Positions 1 through 8,775 of a stretch of 64,000 nt of DNA are shown one piece after another. Each line of letters begins with the position of its first letter. Positions within the stretch are counted from its first letter, which is position 1. The position numbers and the translations under genes are program-made. The notes beneath the pieces are model-generated. The model was not told where the DNA came from, ran no database searches, and worked only from the letters and a program-made list of their open reading frames with translations. The DNA is from Candidatus Flemingiibacterium merdigallinarum (GTDB lineage Bacteria > Bacillota > Clostridia > Oscillospirales > CAG-272), in assembly GCA_904386005.1 (NCBI GenBank), contig CAJFKR010000004.1, positions 28,514 through 92,513 of the forward strand. The letters run 5' to 3'.

Positions 1-228
1 GTCACGGTCGACCTTGATGTGCTTGACCCGTCCGAGTTCCCGGGAACGGGCACGCCCGAAGCCGGCGGAATCAGCTTTCTCGAGCTGCTCGACTCGCTCA
101 TTATGATTGCGTCTCGGCTGAATGTCGTCGGTGCGGATTTGGTCGAGCTCGCGCCGAGTCTCGACAGCTCGGGTAGGTCGACCGCGCTCGCCTGCAAGCT
201 GCTGCGCGAGGTGCTGCTCGCGCTGTGA
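1..228 (+). CDS. speB: Agmatinase/ureohydrolase, C-terminal part (truncated by window edge)
   Basis: Reads VTVDLDVLDPSEFPGTGTPEAGG...GADLVELAP: ureohydrolase DxD metal motif and PGTGTP signature. Lies directly upstream of CASDH/nspC. Confidence 0.9.
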   Translation, partial: VTVDLDVLDPSEFPGTGTPEAGGISFLELLDSLIMIASRLNVVGADLVELAPSLDSSGRSTALACKLLREVLLAL

Positions 229-353
229 TCGGTGCTCTGTCACTGTCTGTACTACTGCGTGAGAGGGGATATTGATTGCCGGTACATCGTTTAAGTTATA
301 TATCATAATTTCAAATTAAAATAATCCAGAAATTTCTACAGGAGGATAATATA

Positions 354-1608
354 ATGTCAAGAGTACTCATCATTGGCTGCGGCGCGGTCGCGAGCGTGGC
401 TATACACAAGTGCTGCGCTTTGCCCGAGGTGTTTTCGGAAATCTGCATCGCGAGCCGTCACCGCGAAAACTGCGAGGCGCTCGCAGAGAAGCTGCGTCCG
501 AACACGAAAACAATAATCACGACCGCGAAGGTCGACGCGTCGATAACATCGGACGTCGTGCGTCTCATCAAGGATTACAAGCCCGAGCTGGTCATGAACA
601 TCGCGCTGCCCTATCAGGACCTCACCATCATGGACGCCTGCCTCGAGTGCGGAGTCAACTACATGGACACCGCGAACTACGAGCCGGAGGACACCAACGA
701 CCCTGCGTGGAGAACAGTATATGAAAAGCGCTGCCAAGGGCTTCTCGGCATATTTCGATTATTCGTGGCAGTGGGCATACCGCGAGCGCTTCGAAAAAGC
801 CGGACTCTGTGCTCTGCTCGGCAGCGGCTTCGACCCCGGCGTCACACAGGCATACTGCGCGTACGCGAAGAAGCATCAGTTCGACACCATCGACACTATC
901 GACATCCTCGACTGCAACGGCGGCGACCACGGCTATCCGTTCGCGACCAACTTCAATCCCGAGATAAACCTGCGCGAGGTCAGCGCGCCCGGAAGCTATA
1001 TTGAGAACGGCAAGTGGATAGAGGTTCCGGCGATGAGCATCAAGCGTGAGTATTTATTCGACGGAGTCGGCAAAAAGGATATGTACCTCTTGCACCACGA
1101 GGAGCTCGAGTCGCTCGCGGTCAACATCCCGGGTGTTAAGCGCCTGCGTTTCTTCATGACGTTCGGTCAGAGCTATCTCGAACATATGCGTTGTCTCGAG
1201 GATGTGGGAATGCTGTCGACGACGCCAATAAACTACAACGGAGTTGAGATAGTGCCGATACAGTTCTTAAAGGCATTGCTGCCCGACCCGTCGACGCTCG
1301 GTCCGCGCACTCACGGCAAGACAAATATCGGCTGCATATTCAGCGGCACCAAGGATGGCAAGCCGAAGCACTACTATATTTATAACATCTGCGACCATCA
1401 GGAGTGCTATCGCGAGGTCGGCTCGCAGGCGGTCGCCTACACTACCGGCGTACCGGCAATGTGCGGCGCGCTGATGATGCTCAACGGAAAATGGAACAAG
1501 CCGGGCGTATACACGGTCGAACAGTTCGATCCCGATCCCTTCCTCGAAGCGCTGTCGACGTACGGTCTGCCGTATAAGGAGAGCTTCGAGCCGCTCATGG
1601 TAGACTGA
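354..1608 (+). pseudogene. Carboxy(nor)spermidine dehydrogenase (saccharopine dehydrogenase family), interrupted by a frameshift at ~735-740
   Basis: Frame starting at 354 gives Rossmann GCGAVA...NIALPYQD...YMDTANYEP...YEKRC. The homologous sequence continues in the +1 frame as KGFSAYFDYSWQW...GSGFDPG...FATNFNPEINLRE to the stop at 1608. SD AGGAGG precedes 354. Confidence 0.85.
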
Positions 1609-2747
1609 TGAGACGCGACGAGCTGCGAACCCCCTGCTTTGTCATAGAGGAAGCCAAGCTCCGCCGCAACGGGCGGATTTTAGCCGAGCTGCGGCGGAAT
1701 ACCGGCTGCAGGATACTGCTCGCGCAGAAGTGCTTCTCGAATTGGGAGCTCTACCCGCTGCTCGCCGAGTATCTCGACGGCAGCGAGGCGAGCGGATTAT
1801 ATGAGGCGAGACTCGGACACGAGAAATTCCCGGGCGAGTGCCATGTCTTTTCGGCGGCGTTCCGCGACGACGAGTTCGACGAGCTGCTCGGTTATGCCGA
1901 CCACATCGTGTTTAACAGTCTGCGCCAATTGCAGAAATTCGGAGAGCGTGCTAAAACTGCCGGTCTGAGCGTCGGACTGAGGGTGAATCCCGAACATTCG
2001 ACGCAGGTCGGACATGAGATATACGACCCCTGCGCGCCGGGCAGCCGGCTCGGCGTCACCGCGGACGAGCTGTCGGAGGGCGGGGAACTGCTCAGACTGC
2101 TCGATGGCATACACTTTCACACGCTCTGCGAGCAGGACAGCGATTCGCTCGAGGAGACGCTCGACGCGGTCGAGGAGAAGTTCGGATATCTTTTCGGTTC
2201 GCTCAAATGGATAAACTTCGGCGGCGGGCACCACATCACGCGCGAGGGCTACGACCTCATGCGCTTGGAGAGCTGCATACTGCGCATACGCGACAAATAC
2301 GGGCTTGACGTATACCTTGAGCCGGGAGAGGCGGTCGCGCTGAACGCGGGAGTGCTGATTACGAGCGTACTTGATGTGTCGCCGTCCGACCGCAAGCCGC
2401 TGCCGTACGCGATACTCGACACTTCGGCGGCCTGCCATATGCCGGATGTGCTCGAGATGCCCTATCGACCGCCGCTCTTTAATTCGGGCGAGCCGGACGA
2501 ATACAGCTACACCTACCGGCTCGGCTCGCAGACCTGTCTCGCCGGCGACATCATCGGCGACTACAGCTTCGAGCACGAGCTGCACGAGGGCGACCGTCTG
2601 ACCTTCGGCGACATGGCGATATACACGATGGTCAAGACGAACACGTTCAACGGTATGCCGCTGCCCGACATTTATGTCGAGCACGAGGACGGCGAATGCG
2701 AGCTGCTGCGCAGGTTTGGGTACGACGATTTCTTCGGCAGACTCTGA
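1608..2747 (+). CDS. nspC: Carboxynorspermidine decarboxylase
   Basis: LAQK PLP lysine, HFHTLCEQ, NFGGGHH, EPGEA, CHMPDVLEMPY, CLAGD, YTMVK motifs. Translationally coupled (TGATG) to CASDH. Confidence 0.95.
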   Translation: MRRDELRTPCFVIEEAKLRRNGRILAELRRNTGCRILLAQKCFSNWELYPLLAEYLDGSEASGLYEARLGHEKFPGECHVFSAAFRDDEFDELLGYADHIVFNSLRQLQKFGERAKTAGLSVGLRVNPEHSTQVGHEIYDPCAPGSRLGVTADELSEGGELLRLLDGIHFHTLCEQDSDSLEETLDAVEEKFGYLFGSLKWINFGGGHHITREGYDLMRLESCILRIRDKYGLDVYLEPGEAVALNAGVLITSVLDVSPSDRKPLPYAILDTSAACHMPDVLEMPYRPPLFNSGEPDEYSYTYRLGSQTCLAGDIIGDYSFEHELHEGDRLTFGDMAIYTMVKTNTFNGMPLPDIYVEHEDGECELLRRFGYDDFFGRL

Positions 2748-2911
2748 CGTATACGTTAAACTGACCATAGATATTTGCCTGCCGCGGACGCTGGCTTTCT
2801 ACACCTTTTCGCGATCTATTTATTGAAACTGCGTTAATATTTATAATACTTCCGCAATATTCTGTCAATGCTGATATCAATTCGTATATAACGCATATGC
2901 CGAATTGATAA

Positions 2912-2947
2912 TTGACAATCAGTCCGATTTGTGTTATAATTTTAACA
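2912..2947 (+). promoter_or_regulatory. SigA promoter overlapped by a Rex-type operator
   Basis: TTGACA (2912-2917), 17 nt, TATAAT (2935-2940). TGTTA-N6-TAACA (2932-2947) matches the clostridial Rex box TTGTTAANNNNTTAACAA and lies upstream of an NADH-consuming ADH. Confidence 0.8.
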
Positions 2948-3047
2948 GAAGTTAAGAAGTCGATAAAATAACACCGACTGACACAAATATATGGATTGAA
3001 TATTGCGGAATTTGTATTTATTCCGCGGTTGAAAGGATGGCAAAAAT

Positions 3048-4271
3048 ATGGCAAGATTTACACTCCCGAGAGATATTTATCACGGCAAGGACGCGCTCGA
3101 AGCACTCAAGAGCTTTACCGGTAAGCGTGCTATGGTTTGCACCGGCGGCGGAAGCATGAAGCGTTTTGGCTTCCTCGATAAGGTAGTCTCCTACCTCAAG
3201 GAGGCAGGCATGGAGGTCGAGCTTTTCGAGGGCATCGAGCCCGACCCCTCTGTCGAAACGGTTATGCGCGGCGCTGAAGCCATGATGAAGTTCCAGCCCG
3301 ACTGGATTGTCGCAATCGGCGGCGGTTCGCCTATCGACGCGGCTAAGGCTATGTGGATCAAGTATGAGTATCCGGAAGTTACCTTCGAGGATATGTGCAA
3401 GGTATTCGGCATCCCGACCCTGCGCCGCAAGGCTCATTTCTGCGCGATTTCGTCGACGTCCGGCACCGCTACCGAGGTCACCGCGTTCTCGATTATCACC
3501 GACTACTCAAAGGGCATCAAGTACCCGATCGCCGACTTTGAAATCACTCCCGACGTCGCTATCGTCGACCCCGAGCTCGCTCACACGATGCCGAAGAAGC
3601 TGGTCGCTCACACCGGTATGGACGCTATGACCCACGCAATCGAAGCGTACGTTTCGACCGCGAATTGCGACTACACCGACCCGCTCGCGCTGCACGCGAT
3701 CGAGATGATCGAGCATGACCTTGTCAAGTCCTACAACGACGACATGGACGCGCGCGACAGAATGCACAACGCACAGTGCCTTGCCGGAATGGCGTTCTCG
3801 AACGCTCTGCTCGGTATCGTTCACTCGATGGCACACAAGACCGGTGCTGCGTTCGCCGACTACGGCGCACACATCATTCACGGCGCGGCAAACGCTATGT
3901 ACCTGCCGAAGGTAATCGCGTTCAACGCCAAGGACGAGACCGCGAAGAAGCGTTACGCGTACATAGTCGACCGCATGGAGATCTGCGACAAGACCGCGTC
4001 CGACGACGACAAGGTAAAGGCGCTGATCGCCTACCTGCGCAAAATGAACGACGAGCTCAACATCCCGCACTGCATCAAGAACTACGGCGCGGACAGCTAT
4101 CCCTGCGAGAACGGCTTCGTTCCCGAGAGCGTATTCCTCGAGCGTCTGCCTGAGATCGCGAAGAACGCTATCGGCGATGCCTGCACCGGCTCGAACCCGC
4201 GTCAGCCGAGCCAGGAAGAGATGGAGAAGCTCTTGAAGTGCTGCTACTACGACACTGAAGTCGATTTCTGA
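3048..4271 (+). CDS. Iron-containing alcohol (butanol) dehydrogenase
   Basis: MARFTLPRD start, GGGSPIDAAK, TSGTATEVT, GMDAMTHAIE, HSMAH and HG Fe-ligand motifs. Confidence 0.95.
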   Translation: MARFTLPRDIYHGKDALEALKSFTGKRAMVCTGGGSMKRFGFLDKVVSYLKEAGMEVELFEGIEPDPSVETVMRGAEAMMKFQPDWIVAIGGGSPIDAAKAMWIKYEYPEVTFEDMCKVFGIPTLRRKAHFCAISSTSGTATEVTAFSIITDYSKGIKYPIADFEITPDVAIVDPELAHTMPKKLVAHTGMDAMTHAIEAYVSTANCDYTDPLALHAIEMIEHDLVKSYNDDMDARDRMHNAQCLAGMAFSNALLGIVHSMAHKTGAAFADYGAHIIHGAANAMYLPKVIAFNAKDETAKKRYAYIVDRMEICDKTASDDDKVKALIAYLRKMNDELNIPHCIKNYGADSYPCENGFVPESVFLERLPEIAKNAIGDACTGSNPRQPSQEEMEKLLKCCYYDTEVDF

Positions 4272-4301
4272 TAAACCGCTTTCTTCTTGTATAGATAAAA
4301 T

Positions 4302-4333
4302 AAACGCACGACAGATTTTCTGCCGTGCGTTTT
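4302..4333 (+). terminator. Intrinsic terminator
   Basis: AAACGCACG...CGTGCGTTT stem followed by T-run after the ADH stop. Confidence 0.75.
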
Positions 4334-4372
4334 ACTATTGAAGTAAAAAGTGCGGCAAATTATTAAAAACTA

Positions 4373-4401
4373 TTGACATATTGGCTGAATAATGGTATAA
4401 T
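4373..4401 (+). promoter_or_regulatory. SigA promoter
   Basis: TTGACA-17-TATAAT with extended TG. Confidence 0.75.
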
Positions 4402-4479
4402 TTGATTACAATCATTGACTTGCTTATTGTTTATGAAAAGAATGATTGCGGAAATTCAATCGATTCTGGAGGTTGTATT

Positions 4480-5046
4480 ATGAAGACAAAGACCATAATC
4501 AAGCGCCTCCTTGTTCTCGGCTGCATTGTTGCCGCACTGGCTTTGGCGGCGTTTGCCGGATATCTTACCTATGACCACGTTGGTTATAAGCCGTTTGGCT
4601 CGATAGACGACGATGAGATTGAAACTCTGTTATTTACATATGACAGCGGTTCTCCTACAGAAAACTGGTTTGAAATAATCGATTATGAAATTCCGGAACT
4701 GTACTATGACTCTATTCTTGACGCTCTGAGAAATGTACGCGTATTTTTCCCGTATGAGGATCAGAATTTGGGCTATTACGGAAACGCGTACATTCTGTAT
4801 ACAATAGTCCTGAAAGACGGAACAAAGCACACGGCTGAAATCGTCGGTTGGTCAAAAAATGATATTGACACCGGATATTACCTGCGCGGCGAATCGGGAA
4901 CCTTTCGGATAATGAAGGACGGCGTGCGAACCTATTTTGTGCGTGTGGACGGCGTGCTTTACGATATCCGCGACGAGCTGATCTATACCGACCTGCGCGA
5001 CTATTCGAGAGGGATAATCAACGAGTATGACCGTGAATATAATTGA
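4480..5046 (+). CDS. Hypothetical membrane-anchored protein
   Basis: GGAGG SD before ATG 4480; N-terminal hydrophobic helix; Tyr-rich acidic body; own promoter and terminator. Confidence 0.7.
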   Translation: MKTKTIIKRLLVLGCIVAALALAAFAGYLTYDHVGYKPFGSIDDDEIETLLFTYDSGSPTENWFEIIDYEIPELYYDSILDALRNVRVFFPYEDQNLGYYGNAYILYTIVLKDGTKHTAEIVGWSKNDIDTGYYLRGESGTFRIMKDGVRTYFVRVDGVLYDIRDELIYTDLRDYSRGIINEYDREYN

Positions 5047-5051
5047 ATGTT

Positions 5052-5086
5052 ACGCCCTGTTCAATGCCTTGGCTTGAACAGGGCGT
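5052..5086 (+). terminator. Intrinsic terminator
   Basis: ACGCCCTGTTCAA / TTGAACAGGGCGT 13-bp inverted repeat. Confidence 0.7.
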
Positions 5087-5124
5087 TCCTTTATAAAAAT
5101 TTTCACATTGTTCAGCACTCTTTA

Positions 5125-5153
5125 TTGACTTTCGGCGGCGCGTATGGTATCAT
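5125..5153 (+). promoter_or_regulatory. SigA promoter of ygiQ
   Basis: TTGACT-17-TATCAT with extended TG. Confidence 0.6.
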
Positions 5154-5270
5154 TTATTGTAGGATATCATAACAATAATGATAAATCCAACGTAAAACGA
5201 CCCTTTGACTTTGCTGTGCAAAGACGTCCGAATTTCGACAAGTGAAAGGTAGCTTTGCGTATGCAAAGTC

Positions 5271-7334
5271 ATGGATATAATAACTATGTATACTGAATTT
5301 CTGCCGCTCTCTCGCGCCGAAGCTGACGCGCGTGGGTGGGACCGCCCCGATTTCGTCTATGTCACCGGCGACGCGTATGTCGACCACCCGAGCTTCGGCG
5401 TCGCGATTATCTCGCGTGTCCTTGAAGCCGAGGGCTTCCGCGTCGCGATATTGTCGCAGCCCGACTACAAGTCCTGCGACGCCTTCCGCGAATACGGACG
5501 CCCGCGTCTCGGCTTTCTCGTCACCGCCGGAAATATCGACTCGATGGTCGCGCACTATACCGTATCGAAAAAACGCCGCTCGTACGATTACTACTCGCCC
5601 GGAGGCAGGATGGGACTGCGCCCCGACCGCGCGACTATCGTCTACTGCAACCGCATACGCGAAGCCTTCGGCGACGTGCCGATAATACTCGGCGGACTCG
5701 AAGCCTCGCTGCGCCGGCTCGCGCACTACGACTACTGGGACGACAAGGTGCGCCGCAGTATATTGGTAGACTCGCGCGCCGACTTACTCACCTACGGCAT
5801 GGGCGAGAATATCCTGCGCCGCGTCGCCGAGCTGCTCGACCGCGGCGTGCCGATAAAGAAGATACACGATGTGCGCGGCACGGTATATCTGACGAGCCGC
5901 GACGACAAGCCGCATTTCGACGTCGGCGGCGAATGGAATTATGACGACCTGAAAGCCGACTGTAAGCTCTACGCCGAGGCGTTCGGCGTGCAGTACAAGA
6001 ACACCGACGCTGTAACCGGCAAGGCGCTCGTCGAATACTATGACAATAAAATGCTCGTGCAGAACCCGCCGATGCCGCCGCTCGAGCGCGACGAGCTCGA
6101 CGCGGTCTACGCGCTCCCATATACCCGCCGTCCTCACCCGAGCTATGACAGCGTCGGCGGAGTTCCGGCTATAGCCGAGGTCGAGATGTCGATAACGCAC
6201 AACCGCGGCTGTTTCGGCGGCTGCAATTTCTGCGCACTGGCCTTTCATCAGGGCAGAACCGTGCGCTCGCGCTCGATCGAGTCGGTTGTCAATGAGGCGA
6301 AGCTCATCACCGAGTCGCCTAATTTCAAAGGCTACATCAACGACATCGGAGGTCCGACCGCGAATTTCCGCTATCCCGCCTGCGAGAAGCAGAAGACTCA
6401 GGGCGTCTGCGCAAACCGGAAGTGTCTCGCGCCGAAGCCCTGCCCGAATCTTATCGCCGACCATTCGGAATATATCGAGCTGCTCCGCCGCGTCGAGAGC
6501 CTGCCTAAAGTGAAAAAGGTGTTCATTCGTTCGGGCATACGCTTTGACTATATGCTCGCCGACAAGGATGAGAGCTTCTTCAAGAAGCTGGTGCGCGATC
6601 ATGTCAGCGGTCAATTAAAGGTCGCGCCCGAGCACTGCTCGAACGCGGTGTTATGCGAGATGGGCAAGCCGCCGATCGAGGTTTTCGAGCGGTTCAAGCG
6701 CCGTTTCTTTGAGCTTACTAAGAGCATCGGCAAGGAGCAGTACCTCGTCCCCTACCTGATGTCGAGCCACCCGGGCAGCCGGCTTTCCGACGCGGTCGAG
6801 CTGGCGGTATATCTCAAAAAATGGGGCTACTCTCCCGAACAGGTGCAGGACTTCTACCCGACTCCCGGCACGGCGTCGACGGTAATGTATTACACCGGAA
6901 TCGACCCTCTGACGATGAAGCCGGTTTACTGTGCGCACGATTATGAGGAAAAACGTATGCAGCGCGCGCTGTTACAGTACAGCCGTCCGGACAATGCCGA
7001 GCTTGTGCGCCGCGCGCTCGAGAAGTGTCACCGCACCGACCTCATCGGATATGGTCCCGACTGTCTTGCGAGGCCGCGCTCGGGTAACGGCGGCAGCAGA
7101 TCGCAGAGAGACGCGAAGTCGAACAAGGATGTAAAATCGCGCTCCGGTCAAAATCAGCCGTCATTGCGCGTGAGCAGAGAAGCGTCTGACCGCTCACGGA
7201 ATCGCGGTCACCAAAAAGACAGCGGCAGACCTATTACAAAGGGCGGACGCGCCGACAATAAATCTCAAGCGTTTTCCGGCAAGAAGGCTCAAGCATCCAA
7301 TGATAAGAACCGCGGCGGGTATCCTCACCGATAA
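5271..7334 (+). CDS. ygiQ: YgiQ-family (UPF0313) radical SAM protein; alternative start 5286
   Basis: VTGDAYVDHPSFG, CFGGCNFC (CxxxCxxC), DIGGPTAN, KVAPEH, QVQDFYPTP; basic low-complexity C-terminal tail. Confidence 0.93.
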   Translation: MDIITMYTEFLPLSRAEADARGWDRPDFVYVTGDAYVDHPSFGVAIISRVLEAEGFRVAILSQPDYKSCDAFREYGRPRLGFLVTAGNIDSMVAHYTVSKKRRSYDYYSPGGRMGLRPDRATIVYCNRIREAFGDVPIILGGLEASLRRLAHYDYWDDKVRRSILVDSRADLLTYGMGENILRRVAELLDRGVPIKKIHDVRGTVYLTSRDDKPHFDVGGEWNYDDLKADCKLYAEAFGVQYKNTDAVTGKALVEYYDNKMLVQNPPMPPLERDELDAVYALPYTRRPHPSYDSVGGVPAIAEVEMSITHNRGCFGGCNFCALAFHQGRTVRSRSIESVVNEAKLITESPNFKGYINDIGGPTANFRYPACEKQKTQGVCANRKCLAPKPCPNLIADHSEYIELLRRVESLPKVKKVFIRSGIRFDYMLADKDESFFKKLVRDHVSGQLKVAPEHCSNAVLCEMGKPPIEVFERFKRRFFELTKSIGKEQYLVPYLMSSHPGSRLSDAVELAVYLKKWGYSPEQVQDFYPTPGTASTVMYYTGIDPLTMKPVYCAHDYEEKRMQRALLQYSRPDNAELVRRALEKCHRTDLIGYGPDCLARPRSGNGGSRSQRDAKSNKDVKSRSGQNQPSLRVSREASDRSRNRGHQKDSGRPITKGGRADNKSQAFSGKKAQASNDKNRGGYPHR

Positions 7335-7488
7335 ACGTTTTCCGGCGGAATATTACATTATCATTACATTTACAAATATCCTCTTGCAAAATTCCGCAGG
7401 ATGGTGTATCATATATTCATGACAGTGAGCCGCCGCTCGATTGTGAAAACGGCTCGGGGCAACAGTATTTACGAAAGGACTGAATAAG

Positions 7489-7773
7489 ATGCCGATGCAG
7501 ACGCAAGACAAGGAAGAACAGGGCTTCGACAAATCGAAGACCATAACCTTTACCGTCCACGACGAAAAGGAAAATGAAATGAAGCGCATACTCTCCGCAA
7601 TTTACGAAGCTTTGCGTGAAAAGGGATACAACCCGATAAATCAGATCGTGGGATATATCCTCTCCGAAGACCCGACCTATATTACAAACTACAAGAACGC
7701 ACGCAGCCTTATCCGCCGCATCGACCGTGACGAGCTTCTCAACGCGCTTGTGAGAAATTATCTCGGACTCTGA
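7489..7773 (+). CDS. ireB: IreB/ReoM-family regulatory phosphoprotein (UPF0297)
   Basis: [26 protein letters not shown]...RDELL signature. Confidence 0.92.
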   Translation: MPMQTQDKEEQGFDKSKTITFTVHDEKENEMKRILSAIYEALREKGYNPINQIVGYILSEDPTYITNYKNARSLIRRIDRDELLNALVRNYLGL

Positions 7774-7797
7774 TCGGGCGGCAGAATATCCCGATAA

Positions 7798-8751
7798 ATG
7801 GAAATATATAATCTTTCGACAATGAAAAGGGAGGAGAGGGCGGTCTCTCCTCTTTCACCCGAGAGCGACCGCGGCTTCGCGGTCGCGCTCGGCAGCTTTG
7901 ACGGAATTCACGCTGGTCACGTCGCGCTGATCACACGCGCCGTCAGTGCCGCGCGTCAGCGCGGACTATATTCGGCCGTCTGGACCTTCCGCGACGACGC
8001 GTCGCAATTGCCCGGAAAGAAGGGCACGCGCGTGATAACAACTCTCAAAGAAAAGCTCGGACTCATAGCCTCGCTCGGCGTAGATTATGCGCTGCTCGAG
8101 GATTTTTCGCGTGTCAGAGACTATTCGCCCGATTATTTTGTGAATCAGCTGCTGCGGGTCGACTGTAACACCAAGCTCGCGGTCTGCGGCTTTAATTTCC
8201 GCTTCGGCAAGGGCGGACTCGGAGACTGCGACACGCTGTGCGAGCTGATGGGCAGTGAGAATTGTATCGTGGTGCCTCCGGTCTACCGCGCCGGTCATTT
8301 GGTCAGCTCGAGCGCGATCAGACTGCTCATATCCGCAGGCGAAATGGAGCAGGCGGCGGAGCTTTTGACCCGCCCTTTCTTCATCGACTTTCCGGTCGTA
8401 CACGGAAAACAGCTCGGACGAACTATCGGCATACCGACGATAAATCAGGAATTTCCCGAGGGGCACGTGATCCCGAAAAACGGCATCTACGCCTGCACGG
8501 TCGAGATTGCCGACGACATATTCCTCGGAGTCGCGAACGTCGGCGTGCGTCCGACCGTCGACCACGATCCTGCGCATATCAACTGCGAGACTCACATCAT
8601 CAACTACAACGGCTGGCTGTACGGCAAGAACATCAAGGTTTCGTTCTACAAGCGAATACGCGACGAGATCAAATTCCCGTCGGTCGACGAGCTGAGGGCG
8701 CAGATAAAGCGCGATATCGCGTCGGCTATCGATTATTTTTCGAAGAAGTGA
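7798..8751 (+). CDS. ribF: Bifunctional riboflavin kinase/FAD synthetase
   Basis: LGSFDGIHAGH, GFNFRFG, VSSSAIR, GRTIGIPTIN, NVGVRPT, ETH, IRDEIKF motifs. Confidence 0.95.
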   Translation: MEIYNLSTMKREERAVSPLSPESDRGFAVALGSFDGIHAGHVALITRAVSAARQRGLYSAVWTFRDDASQLPGKKGTRVITTLKEKLGLIASLGVDYALLEDFSRVRDYSPDYFVNQLLRVDCNTKLAVCGFNFRFGKGGLGDCDTLCELMGSENCIVVPPVYRAGHLVSSSAIRLLISAGEMEQAAELLTRPFFIDFPVVHGKQLGRTIGIPTINQEFPEGHVIPKNGIYACTVEIADDIFLGVANVGVRPTVDHDPAHINCETHIINYNGWLYGKNIKVSFYKRIRDEIKFPSVDELRAQIKRDIASAIDYFSKK

Positions 8752-8775
8752 TCCCAGAAAAGGTGATCCCATAAG

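Noticed and set aside
737-1004. C-terminal part of the 354-1004 ORF as a real protein
   Set aside because: It is Arg-rich out-of-frame read-through after the frameshift; homology continues in the other frame.
7822-7856. GGAGGAGAG/CTCTCCTCT hairpin early in ribF as an FMN riboswitch or alternative RBS
   Set aside because: There are no RFN conserved motifs and no suitable start codon downstream; it lies within a variable N-terminal coding segment.
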